DNA of 62,579 bases from Bacillota bacterium (lineage in GTDB: Bacteria > Bacillota > DTU025 > MWDF01). The notes under the pieces were generated by a model. The model saw only the letters and a program-made list of their open reading frames with translations, had not been told where the DNA came from and ran no database searches. A program made the position numbers and the translations under genes. The stretch spans positions 1 through 62,579 of the forward strand of contig JAGOKM010000001.1 of assembly GCA_017994615.1 (NCBI GenBank), in the 5' to 3' direction. Shown one piece after another: positions 9,039 to 17,688 of this stretch (position 1 is its first letter; each line of letters opens with the position of its first letter).

Positions 9039-10205
9039 TCAATAGAGCTTGTCGAGCTTCATGACGACCCTCTCGGCGAACCTGAGGGCCTTGTCGAGGG
9101 TGTCCCTGTCCATCTTGTCGAAAGTGTCAGAGGGCATGTGCCAATGGGGCGCGAAGCCATCGCGCTCGAGGCCTATGAGCGTGATGGCCGGGATGCCGTT
9201 TATTATCGAATCGCTCGCTTCGGTGCATCCCCCTGTAAGGCTTGAAGGATATACCTCGAAGTCCATCTCCCTGCCCACGCCTTCGACCAGCTCCAGGAGC
9301 TTCCTGTCGGGGCGCAGCGGAAGGAGCAGCCCTTCCCTGGCGATGTATGACGGCCCCGCGCAGCCGAGCATCTCGAAGTTCACGGTGACAGGGTCAACGA
9401 ATTCCTTCTTGTGGCGCTTGAAGAAATCCACGGCCCCCTCGTGCAGAGATTCCTCGCTTCCGGAGCAGACCAGCCAGACCCGAGTGCCCTCCAGCGGCGC
9501 CTTCTTCAGCAGCTCCGCGAAGGTCAGGACCAGCCCTGCGCCTGTCGCGTTGTCGTTTGCGCCCCTTGTGAACGGGGTGGAGTCTGCCTCTATCGTTATG
9601 GCGATGAGGGACATTGCGGCAAGCAGCGAGATAAACGTCACGTTCCAGATAAGCCTCGAATGCGCAGGCCAGATGAGGGCTGCGCCGAACAGCACAGTCT
9701 GCAGCACCAGCAGGCCCATCGCCACGTTCGACCACACGGCGTACACCTTGCGCCATCTCTTTGACGAGAAGATCATGGGTGTCCTCTGGGTGTCCATATG
9801 CCCCATGAGGATCAGGTCCCTCCTGTGGTTTCCGAACGGTTCCGATTTGGCGAACACATTGCGGCTGAGGTTCTTCGCCCCGAACAGCCTCAGAAGGTTC
9901 GGGCGCAAGAGGAGCTCCTGCACTTCGGAGATGAGCGCGATGAGGGATACGACGAATGCGGTGCCCGGCATCTTCGGGAAGATGGCATAAGCGGTGGAGA
10001 AAGCCACGGCGGCTATAAGGTGGGGCCTGAACACTGACGACTGGCTTATGAACTTCTCGACCGTGGGCTCATAGCCCATAGCCTTGAACTCGCCCTCGCA
10101 GTATTCCGCCGCCTTCTGCTCGTCGACGGTGCCGCTGCCCCTGGCGCCTATCGTCACCGACAGCTGTTCAATATGCCTGAGCCAGGTTCCGACCTTGTTG
10201 TCCAT
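9039..10205 (-). CDS. M28 family metallopeptidase with inserted transmembrane segments
   Basis: MGHMDTQ, NDNATGAGLVL, CSGSEESLHEGA, HWHMPSDT metal-ligand boxes, with hydrophobic helices between the first boxes. ATG at 10205 is preceded by AAGGAGG at 9 nt (the ORF track extends to 10253). Confidence 0.75.
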   Translation of the reverse strand: MDNKVGTWLRHIEQLSVTIGARGSGTVDEQKAAEYCEGEFKAMGYEPTVEKFISQSSVFRPHLIAAVAFSTAYAIFPKMPGTAFVVSLIALISEVQELLLRPNLLRLFGAKNLSRNVFAKSEPFGNHRRDLILMGHMDTQRTPMIFSSKRWRKVYAVWSNVAMGLLVLQTVLFGAALIWPAHSRLIWNVTFISLLAAMSLIAITIEADSTPFTRGANDNATGAGLVLTFAELLKKAPLEGTRVWLVCSGSEESLHEGAVDFFKRHKKEFVDPVTVNFEMLGCAGPSYIAREGLLLPLRPDRKLLELVEGVGREMDFEVYPSSLTGGCTEASDSIINGIPAITLIGLERDGFAPHWHMPSDTFDKMDRDTLDKALRFAERVVMKLDKLY

Positions 10206-10231
10206 AAAAGGGGCCTCCTTCGTCATAAAGG

Positions 10232-10261
10232 TTGTAAAGACATTATCGCACAATGTATCAT
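10232..10261 (+). promoter_or_regulatory. Possible sigma70 promoter for the structured leader
   Basis: TTGTAA (10232-10237), 18-nt spacer, TATCAT (10256-10261). Confidence 0.3.
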
Positions 10262-10274
10262 CGTTTGTAGATAA

Positions 10275-10374
10275 CCGCGCTCCGAGCCGGAAGGCCTAAA
10301 GCACACAGCCAGGGTCCCCGGCCGACAGGGCCAAGGTGGAAACGCCTTGACCTCCCTTTTGGAAAGGATGGCGG
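10275..10374 (+). promoter_or_regulatory. Candidate Moco/Tuco (molybdenum/tungsten cofactor) riboswitch aptamer
   Basis: Blocks CUCCGAGCC (10280-10288), CCUCCC (10351-10356) and GGAAAGG (10361-10367). GAAA-capped hairpin AAGGUG/CGCCUU (10333-10348). Closing helix 10275-10283 with 10366-10374. Downstream genes encode Moco-domain-like proteins. Called from memory of the motif, not from a covariance-model search. Confidence 0.55.
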
Positions 10375-10389
10375 CAACCGGCCTTTTTT

Positions 10390-10425
10390 GCCGTGCCCTT
10401 CCTGAAGGGCACGGCATTTCATTTC
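10390..10425 (+). terminator. Leader terminator (expression platform of the candidate riboswitch)
   Basis: Perfect 11-bp stem GCCGTGCCCTT/AAGGGCACGGC, 4-nt loop, then ATTTCATTTC. It lies immediately before the RBS AGGAGG (10426-10431). The 5' arm can alternatively pair with 10361-10375. Confidence 0.65.
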
Positions 10426-10438
10426 AGGAGGCATGCAG

Positions 10439-11407
10439 ATGAATCCAAGGGTCCGGATGAATCCCGCTTTGCTTGGCGCTACGATCGCCCTCGTACTCGT
10501 CCTGGCGTTACCCGCAGTGACGCACGCCGCGGGGGCTGTAATCAAGCTCACCGACAGGCTTGGCACGTCCCAGTCGGTCGACCTGCTGTCCTTGCCCCAG
10601 CTGGACTACAAGGCGTCCTACAAGCGCTCGACCGGGGCTATAGTTGGGCCGTTCAGCTACAGGGGGCCTTCGCTGCTCTCGGTCCTGGCGCTCATGGGCG
10701 GGATGAACGAGAACGACGCGGTGCAGCTAATCTCCGAGGACGGATACAGGATGAGCCTCACTTACGGACAGGTCCATGGGGAGGTCACCGTCTACGACGG
10801 GAAGGGCGAAGCCATGGAGGATTTCGAAAGGCCGATTCTCATCCTTGCGGTTTCATCCGACAGCCCCGCATTCGAACAGGAGGGGGTAAGGGCGGTATTT
10901 GCCGGCCCGAAGGCGCCCCTGACCGACGGGCACACTTGGGTCAAGTGGATCGTCGAGGTCAAGGTGATCCCCATGGTTAAGGAATGGGAGCTGGAGCTGG
11001 AGGGGGTGGTCAAAGCGAAGATGGACAGGTCGACCTTCGAAAGCCTGGCCACATGCCCGCTCTCCCCGCACCCCGGAGCCGACTGGGGCGCGACCGACGG
11101 GACATATGCGGGGGTCCCGCTTTGGACGCTGGTGTCCGTCGTAGACAACGTGGAGCCGGAGAACTCCCATTACACATACGACAGGGCGCTTGCCGCCTCG
11201 GGATATACCGTAAGGGTGACGTCCAAGGACGGAACATACGTCGATTTCGACTCGAAGGACCTCATTTTCGAATCGGGGGTCTTCGTAGCTTTCACAAAGG
11301 ACGGGAAGCTCATCGGGGAGGAAGACGGGCCGCTGGTGCTCACAGGGCCCAGATCCCCCAGGACTCTCAGGAATGTCGTATCGATAAAGCTCATAGGCGT
11401 TAAATAG
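10439..11407 (+). CDS. Exported protein with two tandem molybdopterin-oxidoreductase-like domains
   Basis: Sec-type signal peptide (...ALPAVTHAAGA). Two copies of the F/Y-x-G-P...xDGY...GPL...W/R-x-V-x-I-K pattern (SEDGYRM...HTWVKWIVEVKV; SKDGTYV...GPLVLTG...LRNVVSIKL). ATG at 10439 lies 7 nt after AGGAGG. Confidence 0.5.
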   Translation: MNPRVRMNPALLGATIALVLVLALPAVTHAAGAVIKLTDRLGTSQSVDLLSLPQLDYKASYKRSTGAIVGPFSYRGPSLLSVLALMGGMNENDAVQLISEDGYRMSLTYGQVHGEVTVYDGKGEAMEDFERPILILAVSSDSPAFEQEGVRAVFAGPKAPLTDGHTWVKWIVEVKVIPMVKEWELELEGVVKAKMDRSTFESLATCPLSPHPGADWGATDGTYAGVPLWTLVSVVDNVEPENSHYTYDRALAASGYTVRVTSKDGTYVDFDSKDLIFESGVFVAFTKDGKLIGEEDGPLVLTGPRSPRTLRNVVSIKLIGVK

Positions 11408-11423
11408 GACGGAGGGAAGATCC

Positions 11424-11957
11424 ATGTCGAAGAGAAGGTACATAGCGCTTGCAGCAATGCTCGTAATCGTAATCGCCGCCACGGCCGCCTCGGCGGAGGG
11501 CCTGGCGGTAAGGCTCGTCAAAGGGGACGCAGCCCCCTTGACAGTGGAGCTGGAGAAGCTCGAAAAAGTAGAGGGCGTCGCCTATTACAGGAACTCCAAG
11601 GGTGTTGTCTCGGGCCCGTTCAAGATAAAGGGGGTCAAGCTGGCCGACCTGCTGAAGCTGGCAGGGGGCATGACGGCGGAGGAGAAGCTCATCTTCACGG
11701 CCTCGGACGGCTACGTGACCGAGCTCAGCTTCGCGCAGGCCAACGGGGAGCTTGCGGCCTCCAGGCCGGACGGAGCCGCCTTCGAAGGCAAACCGGCGCT
11801 GGTGCCCGTTATAATCACATGGTCCGAGCCTGACATGGCGAAGGACCTGCCGAGGCTCGCCTTCATCGCCGATGTGGAGGGAGGCCTCATGACGGAGAGC
11901 AAATACTGGGCGAGGAACCTGGTGGAGATCAGGATAGCCCCCGCCGACAGGAAGTAA
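11424..11957 (+). CDS. Exported single-domain molybdopterin-oxidoreductase-like protein
   Basis: Signal peptide with KRRYIAL; FKIKGVKLADLL, ASDGYVT, KYWARNLVEIRI motifs paralogous to 2036-2551 and 10439-11407. No Cys residue. Confidence 0.5.
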   Translation: MSKRRYIALAAMLVIVIAATAASAEGLAVRLVKGDAAPLTVELEKLEKVEGVAYYRNSKGVVSGPFKIKGVKLADLLKLAGGMTAEEKLIFTASDGYVTELSFAQANGELAASRPDGAAFEGKPALVPVIITWSEPDMAKDLPRLAFIADVEGGLMTESKYWARNLVEIRIAPADRK

Positions 11958-12095
11958 GGGGCCGCGGGACAATCAGGAAGGGGCGCTTGATTAGGCGCCC
12001 CTTCGTTACATACCTGTCCAATAAAGGATATAATCAGATTAAGAGAGATGAAGGAGTGCCGCCGGCAAGCCGGCGGTTGCAACGGAGGTGCCCAG

Positions 12096-13811
12096 ATGGC
12101 GGATGTCCTCCGCATTTCGATAATACAGACGCAGGCCTACGACATGCTCAGCCCGCACCACGCGGACAACGAGATGTTCTACATGCTCGAGATGGAAAGG
12201 GATTTCAAGCCCGACATAGTGCTGCTGCCCGAGTGCGTATGGCCCGGCTATTTCCTTCACGGCTGGGACTATTCCATGCAGGAGAAGGCCGACGACGTGA
12301 AAGCGCGCCTCGCCTCCACCGCAAGGAAGATGGGCTGCTTCATAGTCGCAGGCCTTCCCGAACCAGACAAGAGCGGGCCGACGGCGCAGATGCTGCCCTT
12401 CATGGAGGGCTGGATGCAGCCGGCAGCAAGCCCAATCTACAATGCGGCACTCGCCTGGAACAAGGCTGGCAGGCTCGTAGCCTCGGGCAGGAAGATAAAC
12501 CTCTGGCACTTCGACGGTAAATGGTTCAAGAAGGGCGAAGGACCGGTCGTCTTCAGGACCAAATGGGGTAATATTGGCCTTATGGTATGCGCCGACGCCA
12601 GGATGCCCGGCATAGTGGAGAAGCTGGCCGAGGACGGCGCAAGGCTCGTCTTGAACTGCACAAACTGGGTCACATCGGGCCCCGACAGGTCGAAGCTGAC
12701 CAACCCGCAGGCAGACTACCTTATAAGGGTGAGGGCCGTCGAGAACAACCTCTGGATCGCCTCCGCCAACAAGGTGGGGCTGGAAGACGGGCTTATCGCG
12801 TTCTGCGGGGGCTCCCAGCTGGTCGCCCCTGACGGGACGCTCGTGAAGAGGGCGTCGGCCGACAAGGTCGAGGCGATCAGGGCCGAGATCCCGCTGGACG
12901 AACAGGGAAGGATAGAGCTTCCCGAGCCTAAGATAGTAAGGCTGAGCAACCCTGCATTCTACGAATCTGCGTCAGGGCTTACCGACGAAGGGGGGAATGG
13001 CACCCCCGAGCCTGATGGAGGAAGGATACAGGGTTTCCCGCAGAAGCCGTCGCACCCTTATGTAGCGGTGGTGCAGCAGTCCCCGGAATCTGCCGGACAG
13101 CCGGGCACAGGGCTTGTCGCCAGGGCCGCCATGAAGAGGCTGGCTGCCAAGATAGATGCCCTCGGCGCGGACATAGTCGTGTTTTCAGGGACCTTCGAAG
13201 CCATGACGGGGCTGGACCCGCAGGCGAGGGCGCTGCTTGACGAGCCCACTATGAGGGGTAAGATGCTCGTCATACCCCGCGGCAGGTGCGAGAAGTGCGG
13301 CAACCCTATTGGAGGGGCCGACGTGGTGTTCGACGGAAAGTCGCTGCAGCAGTACGGCGCCCTGACCGTGCGCGAGGGGACGAGGGGCTGCCCCAACTGC
13401 GGATTCGGGGATTCGGTGGCGACTGCGCCCGTAGTGCAGACGCCGTTCGGCCCTCTGGGGCTGGTGTTGGGCAGGGAGGGCCACGAGCACAGGATGGTGG
13501 CGAGCTTGTCAGGCATGGGCGTCAGGATGTTCGCGTGGATAACGTCGGGCTTAGTGCCGGAACATGACATAATCACGAGGGCCAGGGCCATGGAGAGCAG
13601 GGTATGGATGATAACGGCCAACCCGGCTATGATGATAGCCAGGCAGCCGGGCCTAAGGGCTCTTTCGGGCCTTAGCCTTATCGCCGAGCCTGACGGGAGG
13701 GTGGCCTGTTCGGCGTTCCCCGACGAGGAGCAGATAGTTGCGGCATACTGCGACCTGTGCCTCTGCGAGAGGAGGGACGTAGTCCCCGGCACCCTGGCAA
13801 TGGGCCGATGA
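12096..13811 (+). CDS. Fused double carbon-nitrogen hydrolase (nitrilase superfamily) protein; second domain degenerate with zinc ribbon
   Basis: Domain 1 has the E-K-C triad contexts LLPECVWPGY, GRKINLWHF, LMVCADARMPG. Domain 2 has DIVVFSG and LVLGREG in place of the Glu and Cys boxes, plus a CEKC...CPNC insert. ATG at 12096 follows GGAGGTG. Confidence 0.65.
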   Translation: MADVLRISIIQTQAYDMLSPHHADNEMFYMLEMERDFKPDIVLLPECVWPGYFLHGWDYSMQEKADDVKARLASTARKMGCFIVAGLPEPDKSGPTAQMLPFMEGWMQPAASPIYNAALAWNKAGRLVASGRKINLWHFDGKWFKKGEGPVVFRTKWGNIGLMVCADARMPGIVEKLAEDGARLVLNCTNWVTSGPDRSKLTNPQADYLIRVRAVENNLWIASANKVGLEDGLIAFCGGSQLVAPDGTLVKRASADKVEAIRAEIPLDEQGRIELPEPKIVRLSNPAFYESASGLTDEGGNGTPEPDGGRIQGFPQKPSHPYVAVVQQSPESAGQPGTGLVARAAMKRLAAKIDALGADIVVFSGTFEAMTGLDPQARALLDEPTMRGKMLVIPRGRCEKCGNPIGGADVVFDGKSLQQYGALTVREGTRGCPNCGFGDSVATAPVVQTPFGPLGLVLGREGHEHRMVASLSGMGVRMFAWITSGLVPEHDIITRARAMESRVWMITANPAMMIARQPGLRALSGLSLIAEPDGRVACSAFPDEEQIVAAYCDLCLCERRDVVPGTLAMGR

Positions 13812-13828
13812 TTGGGAAGGTGTTTAAT

Positions 13829-14755
13829 ATGAGGAAAGGCTGGGCGATCCTTGCGCTGTTGTTCATAGTGGTCCTTCAGGCAACGGGGATGGAGGGCTGC
13901 AAAGCCGCGCCTAAGCCGAAGGTGGTGGCCCTAAACGGCGTGACCGGACTGGGGCTCGCCCTTCTGTTCGAATCTGGCGACTACGAAATCGAAGTCGGCA
14001 AATCCGCGGACGTCGCCGTGGCGAGGCTCACTTCGGACGGGGCGGAGATCGCCGCTCTTCCCGTATCCACGGCAGCCCTGTTGAGGAACAAGGGCGTCCC
14101 CATAAGAATCGCAGCCGTGACCAATTACGGCTCCCTTTACGTCGTATCAAGGGCTGAAGGAGGGCTCCTGCAGAGCGCTTCCTCCTACCTTGGCGTGCCC
14201 GGCAAGGGAACCATGCCCGACGTCACCCTTGCCATCCTGCTTGCAGAGTACAAATCGGCCTCCTCAGGCGTGCAGCACCATTCTTCGCCGGTGGAGCTGG
14301 CAAACCTCCTTCTAGCTGGCAAGGCGCAGGCGGCGCTTCTGCCGGAGCCGTGGGTTAGCCAGGTCCTGGCCAAGGACGCGGGGCTTAGGATCACATCTGA
14401 CATACAGGCCGAATGGAGGGCGAAGTTCGGCTTCGACTACCCGCTCAGCTGCGTTGTGGTCACGGAGAAGTTCGCCGACGAGAGGCCCGATGCCCTAAAG
14501 AAGCTGCTTTCGGACATAGAGAAGAGCGTAGACTGGGTGAAGTCGAACCCTGGCAAGGCGGCGGCCATGGCTGCCGAAAAGCTGTCGATGGATCCGGCCG
14601 CCACAGAAAAGGCCGTCCCGAGGTGCAACTTCGCCTACCTGGACGGGCCTGCGGCGAAAGCGGCATCTTCCCAGTTCTACAGCAAAGTGCTGCAATATGC
14701 TCCGACGATGATCGGGGGGAAGCTTCCGGATGAGGCGTTCTACCTGGACAATTAG
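13829..14755 (+). CDS. ABC transporter substrate-binding lipoprotein (NMT1/NitT-TauT-like)
   Basis: Lipoprotein-like signal (…ATGMEGC), periplasmic binding-protein-like sequence, followed by a matching permease and ATPase. Confidence 0.6.
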   Translation: MRKGWAILALLFIVVLQATGMEGCKAAPKPKVVALNGVTGLGLALLFESGDYEIEVGKSADVAVARLTSDGAEIAALPVSTAALLRNKGVPIRIAAVTNYGSLYVVSRAEGGLLQSASSYLGVPGKGTMPDVTLAILLAEYKSASSGVQHHSSPVELANLLLAGKAQAALLPEPWVSQVLAKDAGLRITSDIQAEWRAKFGFDYPLSCVVVTEKFADERPDALKKLLSDIEKSVDWVKSNPGKAAAMAAEKLSMDPAATEKAVPRCNFAYLDGPAAKAASSQFYSKVLQYAPTMIGGKLPDEAFYLDN

Positions 14756-15509
14756 CCTCTTTTCGGCCATCGGCCTGGCAAGCCTGGCCATCGCATGGTG
14801 GGCGGGTTCTGTATTGCTGGGCAACAGCCTTCTGCTGCCTACCCCTTCAGAGACCATATCGGCGCTGTCGGGCATAGTATCCGACCCCGGTTTCGCAGGA
14901 GAGCTCTTAGCGACCGCATACAGGGTGTTCAAGGGGTTCGCCCTGTCATTCCTGCTGGGATCTGCGGCCGGCGCCGCCTGCGGCTTCTCATGGAAGGCCA
15001 AGGCGTTGCTTTCCCCAGCCCTTGCCGCATTGAGGACCGTCCCCTTCATTTCGCTTTCCATACTGGCGATCATCTGGTTCCCGTCGGGGACGGTGCCGGT
15101 GTTCGTCGCTTTCCTGATGGCGTTCCCGATCGTGGCGTCCAGCGTGATGGAAGGCATCGGATCTGTTGATACGGATCTGGAAGAGCTCTCCTCGGTATAT
15201 TCGGTGCCCTTTTCGAAAAGGGCTTACAGGCTGTACCTTCCGTCCGTGATGCCATATGTGGTTTCGGCGGCATCGCAGTCTCTGGGCATGTCCTGGAAGA
15301 TTGTGGTCTCAGCCGAGGTGCTTTCGATGCCGGCAAGGGGTATAGGCGGCAGGATGGATTCCGCGAAGGCGTTCCTCGAGATGCCGGAGCTGTTCGCATG
15401 GACGCTGCTGCTGGTGGCGCTGGGTTTCGCGACAGACGCCCTGCTGGAGGCGATTAGGGCGAGGGCCTTCGGCTGGAGGGAGGGCCGGCTATGGCAGAGG
15501 TTAAGGTAA
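14730..15509 (+). CDS. ABC transporter permease (NitT/TauT family)
   Basis: 259-aa polytopic protein with an EAA-like loop (LEELSSVYSVPFSKRAYRLYLP). Confidence 0.7.
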   Translation: MRRSTWTISLFSAIGLASLAIAWWAGSVLLGNSLLLPTPSETISALSGIVSDPGFAGELLATAYRVFKGFALSFLLGSAAGAACGFSWKAKALLSPALAALRTVPFISLSILAIIWFPSGTVPVFVAFLMAFPIVASSVMEGIGSVDTDLEELSSVYSVPFSKRAYRLYLPSVMPYVVSAASQSLGMSWKIVVSAEVLSMPARGIGGRMDSAKAFLEMPELFAWTLLLVALGFATDALLEAIRARAFGWREGRLWQRLR

Positions 15510-16225
15510 CCGGCCTGTGCAAATCATACGAAGGCAGGCCTGTCTTCTCAGGGGTGGACATGACTTTCCTGCAAGGGGAAGTCACAGCCGTCCTTGGGCC
15601 ATCAGGGAGGGGCAAGACGACGCTCATAAGGGTGCTTTGCGGCCTTGAAAAGCAGGATTCGGGGGAGGTAAGGATGCCGCCCGGCATGGGATGCTCGGTG
15701 GCATTCCAGGAGCCCAGGCTGCTGCCATGGCTCACAGTCGACGGGAACATGGAGTATTGCCTGGGCAGACATGGTGCCGACAGGGCCCGCGCCTTGCTTG
15801 ACGAGCTGGGCCTGAAGGACTCGTTCGGAAGGTACCCCGGACGACTGTCGGGGGGAGAGCAGCAGAGGGTCAACCTGGCCCGCGCGCTCGCATCGGACGG
15901 CAAGCTGCTCCTTCTAGACGAATCGTTCAACTCCATAGGCCTGGCCATGAAATCGTGGCTGCTTCCCATGCTCAGGAAGAGGGCATCATCAGAAGGAAGG
16001 ACGACGGTCCTGGTAACGCACAGCCCGCTTGACGTGGCGCTGATGGCCGACAGGTTCTACCTGATGGACAGCGAGGGGCGAGGGGCCTCGGGTCCGTTCG
16101 ACATAAGGCTGGAGGACGATGCGCGAAGGCTCGAAGATGAGGCCACCGGCAGGGAGGTCCACAGGCTGATGATGCTCATGTCTGAGCTGGAAACAGGAGG
16201 TATCACTGATGATGCCCTCGCCTGA
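15491..16225 (+). CDS. ABC transporter ATP-binding protein (NitT/TauT family)
   Basis: Walker A GPSGRGKTT, signature LSGGEQQR, Walker B LLLLDES. Confidence 0.8.
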   Translation: MAEVKVTGLCKSYEGRPVFSGVDMTFLQGEVTAVLGPSGRGKTTLIRVLCGLEKQDSGEVRMPPGMGCSVAFQEPRLLPWLTVDGNMEYCLGRHGADRARALLDELGLKDSFGRYPGRLSGGEQQRVNLARALASDGKLLLLDESFNSIGLAMKSWLLPMLRKRASSEGRTTVLVTHSPLDVALMADRFYLMDSEGRGASGPFDIRLEDDARRLEDEATGREVHRLMMLMSELETGGITDDALA

Positions 16226-16904
16226 GAGCAGGTTCGGAAGGGAAGAGCTGCTGATAGGAAGCGCCGGGCTAAAAAGGCTCGCCTCCTCGCATGTGGCCGT
16301 CTTCGGAATAGGAGGCGTGGGTTCCTTCTGTGCGGAAGCCCTGGCGAGGGCCGGCGTGGGAGAGCTCACGCTGGTCGATTCGGACGCCGTCCGGCTCAGC
16401 AACGCCAACAGGCAGCTCGTGGCCCTCGAAAGCACCATGGGGGCCCCCAAGGTGGAGGTCATGGCAAGGCGGGCGCTTGACATAAACCCTTCGCTCAAGG
16501 TCCATGCAGTGCAGGAGTGGTTTGACGAAGCAAATTCCGAAAGGATGCTTTCGACGGATTACGACTATGTCGCGGACGCGATAGACAGCGTATCCTCCAA
16601 ACTGCTGCTGATAGCCTCGTGCATTGGAAAGGGCATCCCGGTCGTATCTTCGATGGGGGCGGGCAACAAGCTTGACGCGACAGGGTTCAGGATAGCGGAC
16701 ATCTCGGATACCCACACTTGCCCGCTTGCCAAGGTCGTGAGGACGGGCCTCAGGAAACGTGGGATAGAAAAGGGGCTCAAGGTGGTCTTCTCTGTATCGA
16801 AGCCGGTGGATAGGCCTGCAGGCCCTCCCGGCAGCATATCCTATGTGCCTCCCGTAGCGGGGCTCCTCCTGGCGCAGGCGGTCATCGAAGGCCTGCTGGG
16901 CTAG
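16209..16904 (+). CDS. tcdA: tRNA threonylcarbamoyladenosine dehydratase (ThiF/E1-like)
   Basis: RFGREELLIG...VAVFGIGGVGS dinucleotide-binding motif, about 230 aa, TcdA/CsdL-like. Confidence 0.7.
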   Translation: MMPSPESRFGREELLIGSAGLKRLASSHVAVFGIGGVGSFCAEALARAGVGELTLVDSDAVRLSNANRQLVALESTMGAPKVEVMARRALDINPSLKVHAVQEWFDEANSERMLSTDYDYVADAIDSVSSKLLLIASCIGKGIPVVSSMGAGNKLDATGFRIADISDTHTCPLAKVVRTGLRKRGIEKGLKVVFSVSKPVDRPAGPPGSISYVPPVAGLLLAQAVIEGLLG

Positions 16905-16928
16905 GAAGGTCGATAGGCGATACTACGG

Positions 16929-16975
16929 AAAAAGGCTGTGCCGGGCGGAACGTCCGATACAGCCCTTCGTTTTTG
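16929..16975. terminator. Bidirectional intrinsic terminator between tcdA and livF
   Basis: AAAAA-GGCTGT...(inner CGGA/TCCG)...ACAGCC-CTTCGTTTTT: a stem flanked by an A-tract and a T-tract. Confidence 0.6.
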
Positions 16976-16986
16976 AGCCTGTTCCG

Positions 16987-17688
16987 TCAGGTCCCCAGAT
17001 AGGCCTTCTTCACCATGGGGTCTTTCACGAGGTCGGAGCATCTGGCCTCCTTGACGATGCGCCCCGTCTCAAGCACGTACCCCCTGTTAGCCGTATGCAG
17101 CGCCTGGAACGCGTTCTGCTCCACCAGCAGTATGGTCGCGTCCTTGGCTATCTCGGTTATCTGCCTGTAGATCTCCTGGACGAGCACAGGGGCCAGGCCC
17201 ATCGAAGGCTCGTCGAGCAGGAGCAGCTTCGGCCTGGACATCATGGCCCTTCCTATGCAGAGCATCTGCTGTTCGCCGCCCGATAGCGTACCCGCCATCT
17301 GTTCGCGCCTCTCTTCAAGCCTCGGGAAGATGCGGAAGACGCGGTCCCTGTCGGCTTCTATCTGCTTGTAATCCTTCCTCAGGAAAGCGCCGAGCCTCAG
17401 GTTCTGTTCGACCGTGAGGTCGTAGAATATCCGGCGGCCCTCGGGGGCGTGGCCTATGCCCGCGGCCACTATCTTATGGGGCGTGGTCTTCCCGATGTTG
17501 ACGCCGTTGAAGGTGATGCTGCCCGACTGGAACTTCACTATGCCGGATATCGCCCTCAAAAGCGTTGACTTGCCGGCGCCGTTCGCCCCTATGATGGTGA
17601 CTATCTCGCCGTCCTCGACGCTGATCGACACCTTGTCCAGCGCATGTATGCCGCCGTAGTAGACGTCCAGGTTCTCAATTCTCAGCAT
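16987..17688 (-). CDS. livF: Branched-chain amino-acid ABC transporter ATP-binding protein LivF
   Basis: MLRIENLDVYYG..., GANGAGKST, LSGGEQQM, LLLLDEPS. Confidence 0.85.
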   Translation of the reverse strand: MLRIENLDVYYGGIHALDKVSISVEDGEIVTIIGANGAGKSTLLRAISGIVKFQSGSITFNGVNIGKTTPHKIVAAGIGHAPEGRRIFYDLTVEQNLRLGAFLRKDYKQIEADRDRVFRIFPRLEERREQMAGTLSGGEQQMLCIGRAMMSRPKLLLLDEPSMGLAPVLVQEIYRQITEIAKDATILLVEQNAFQALHTANRGYVLETGRIVKEARCSDLVKDPMVKKAYLGT

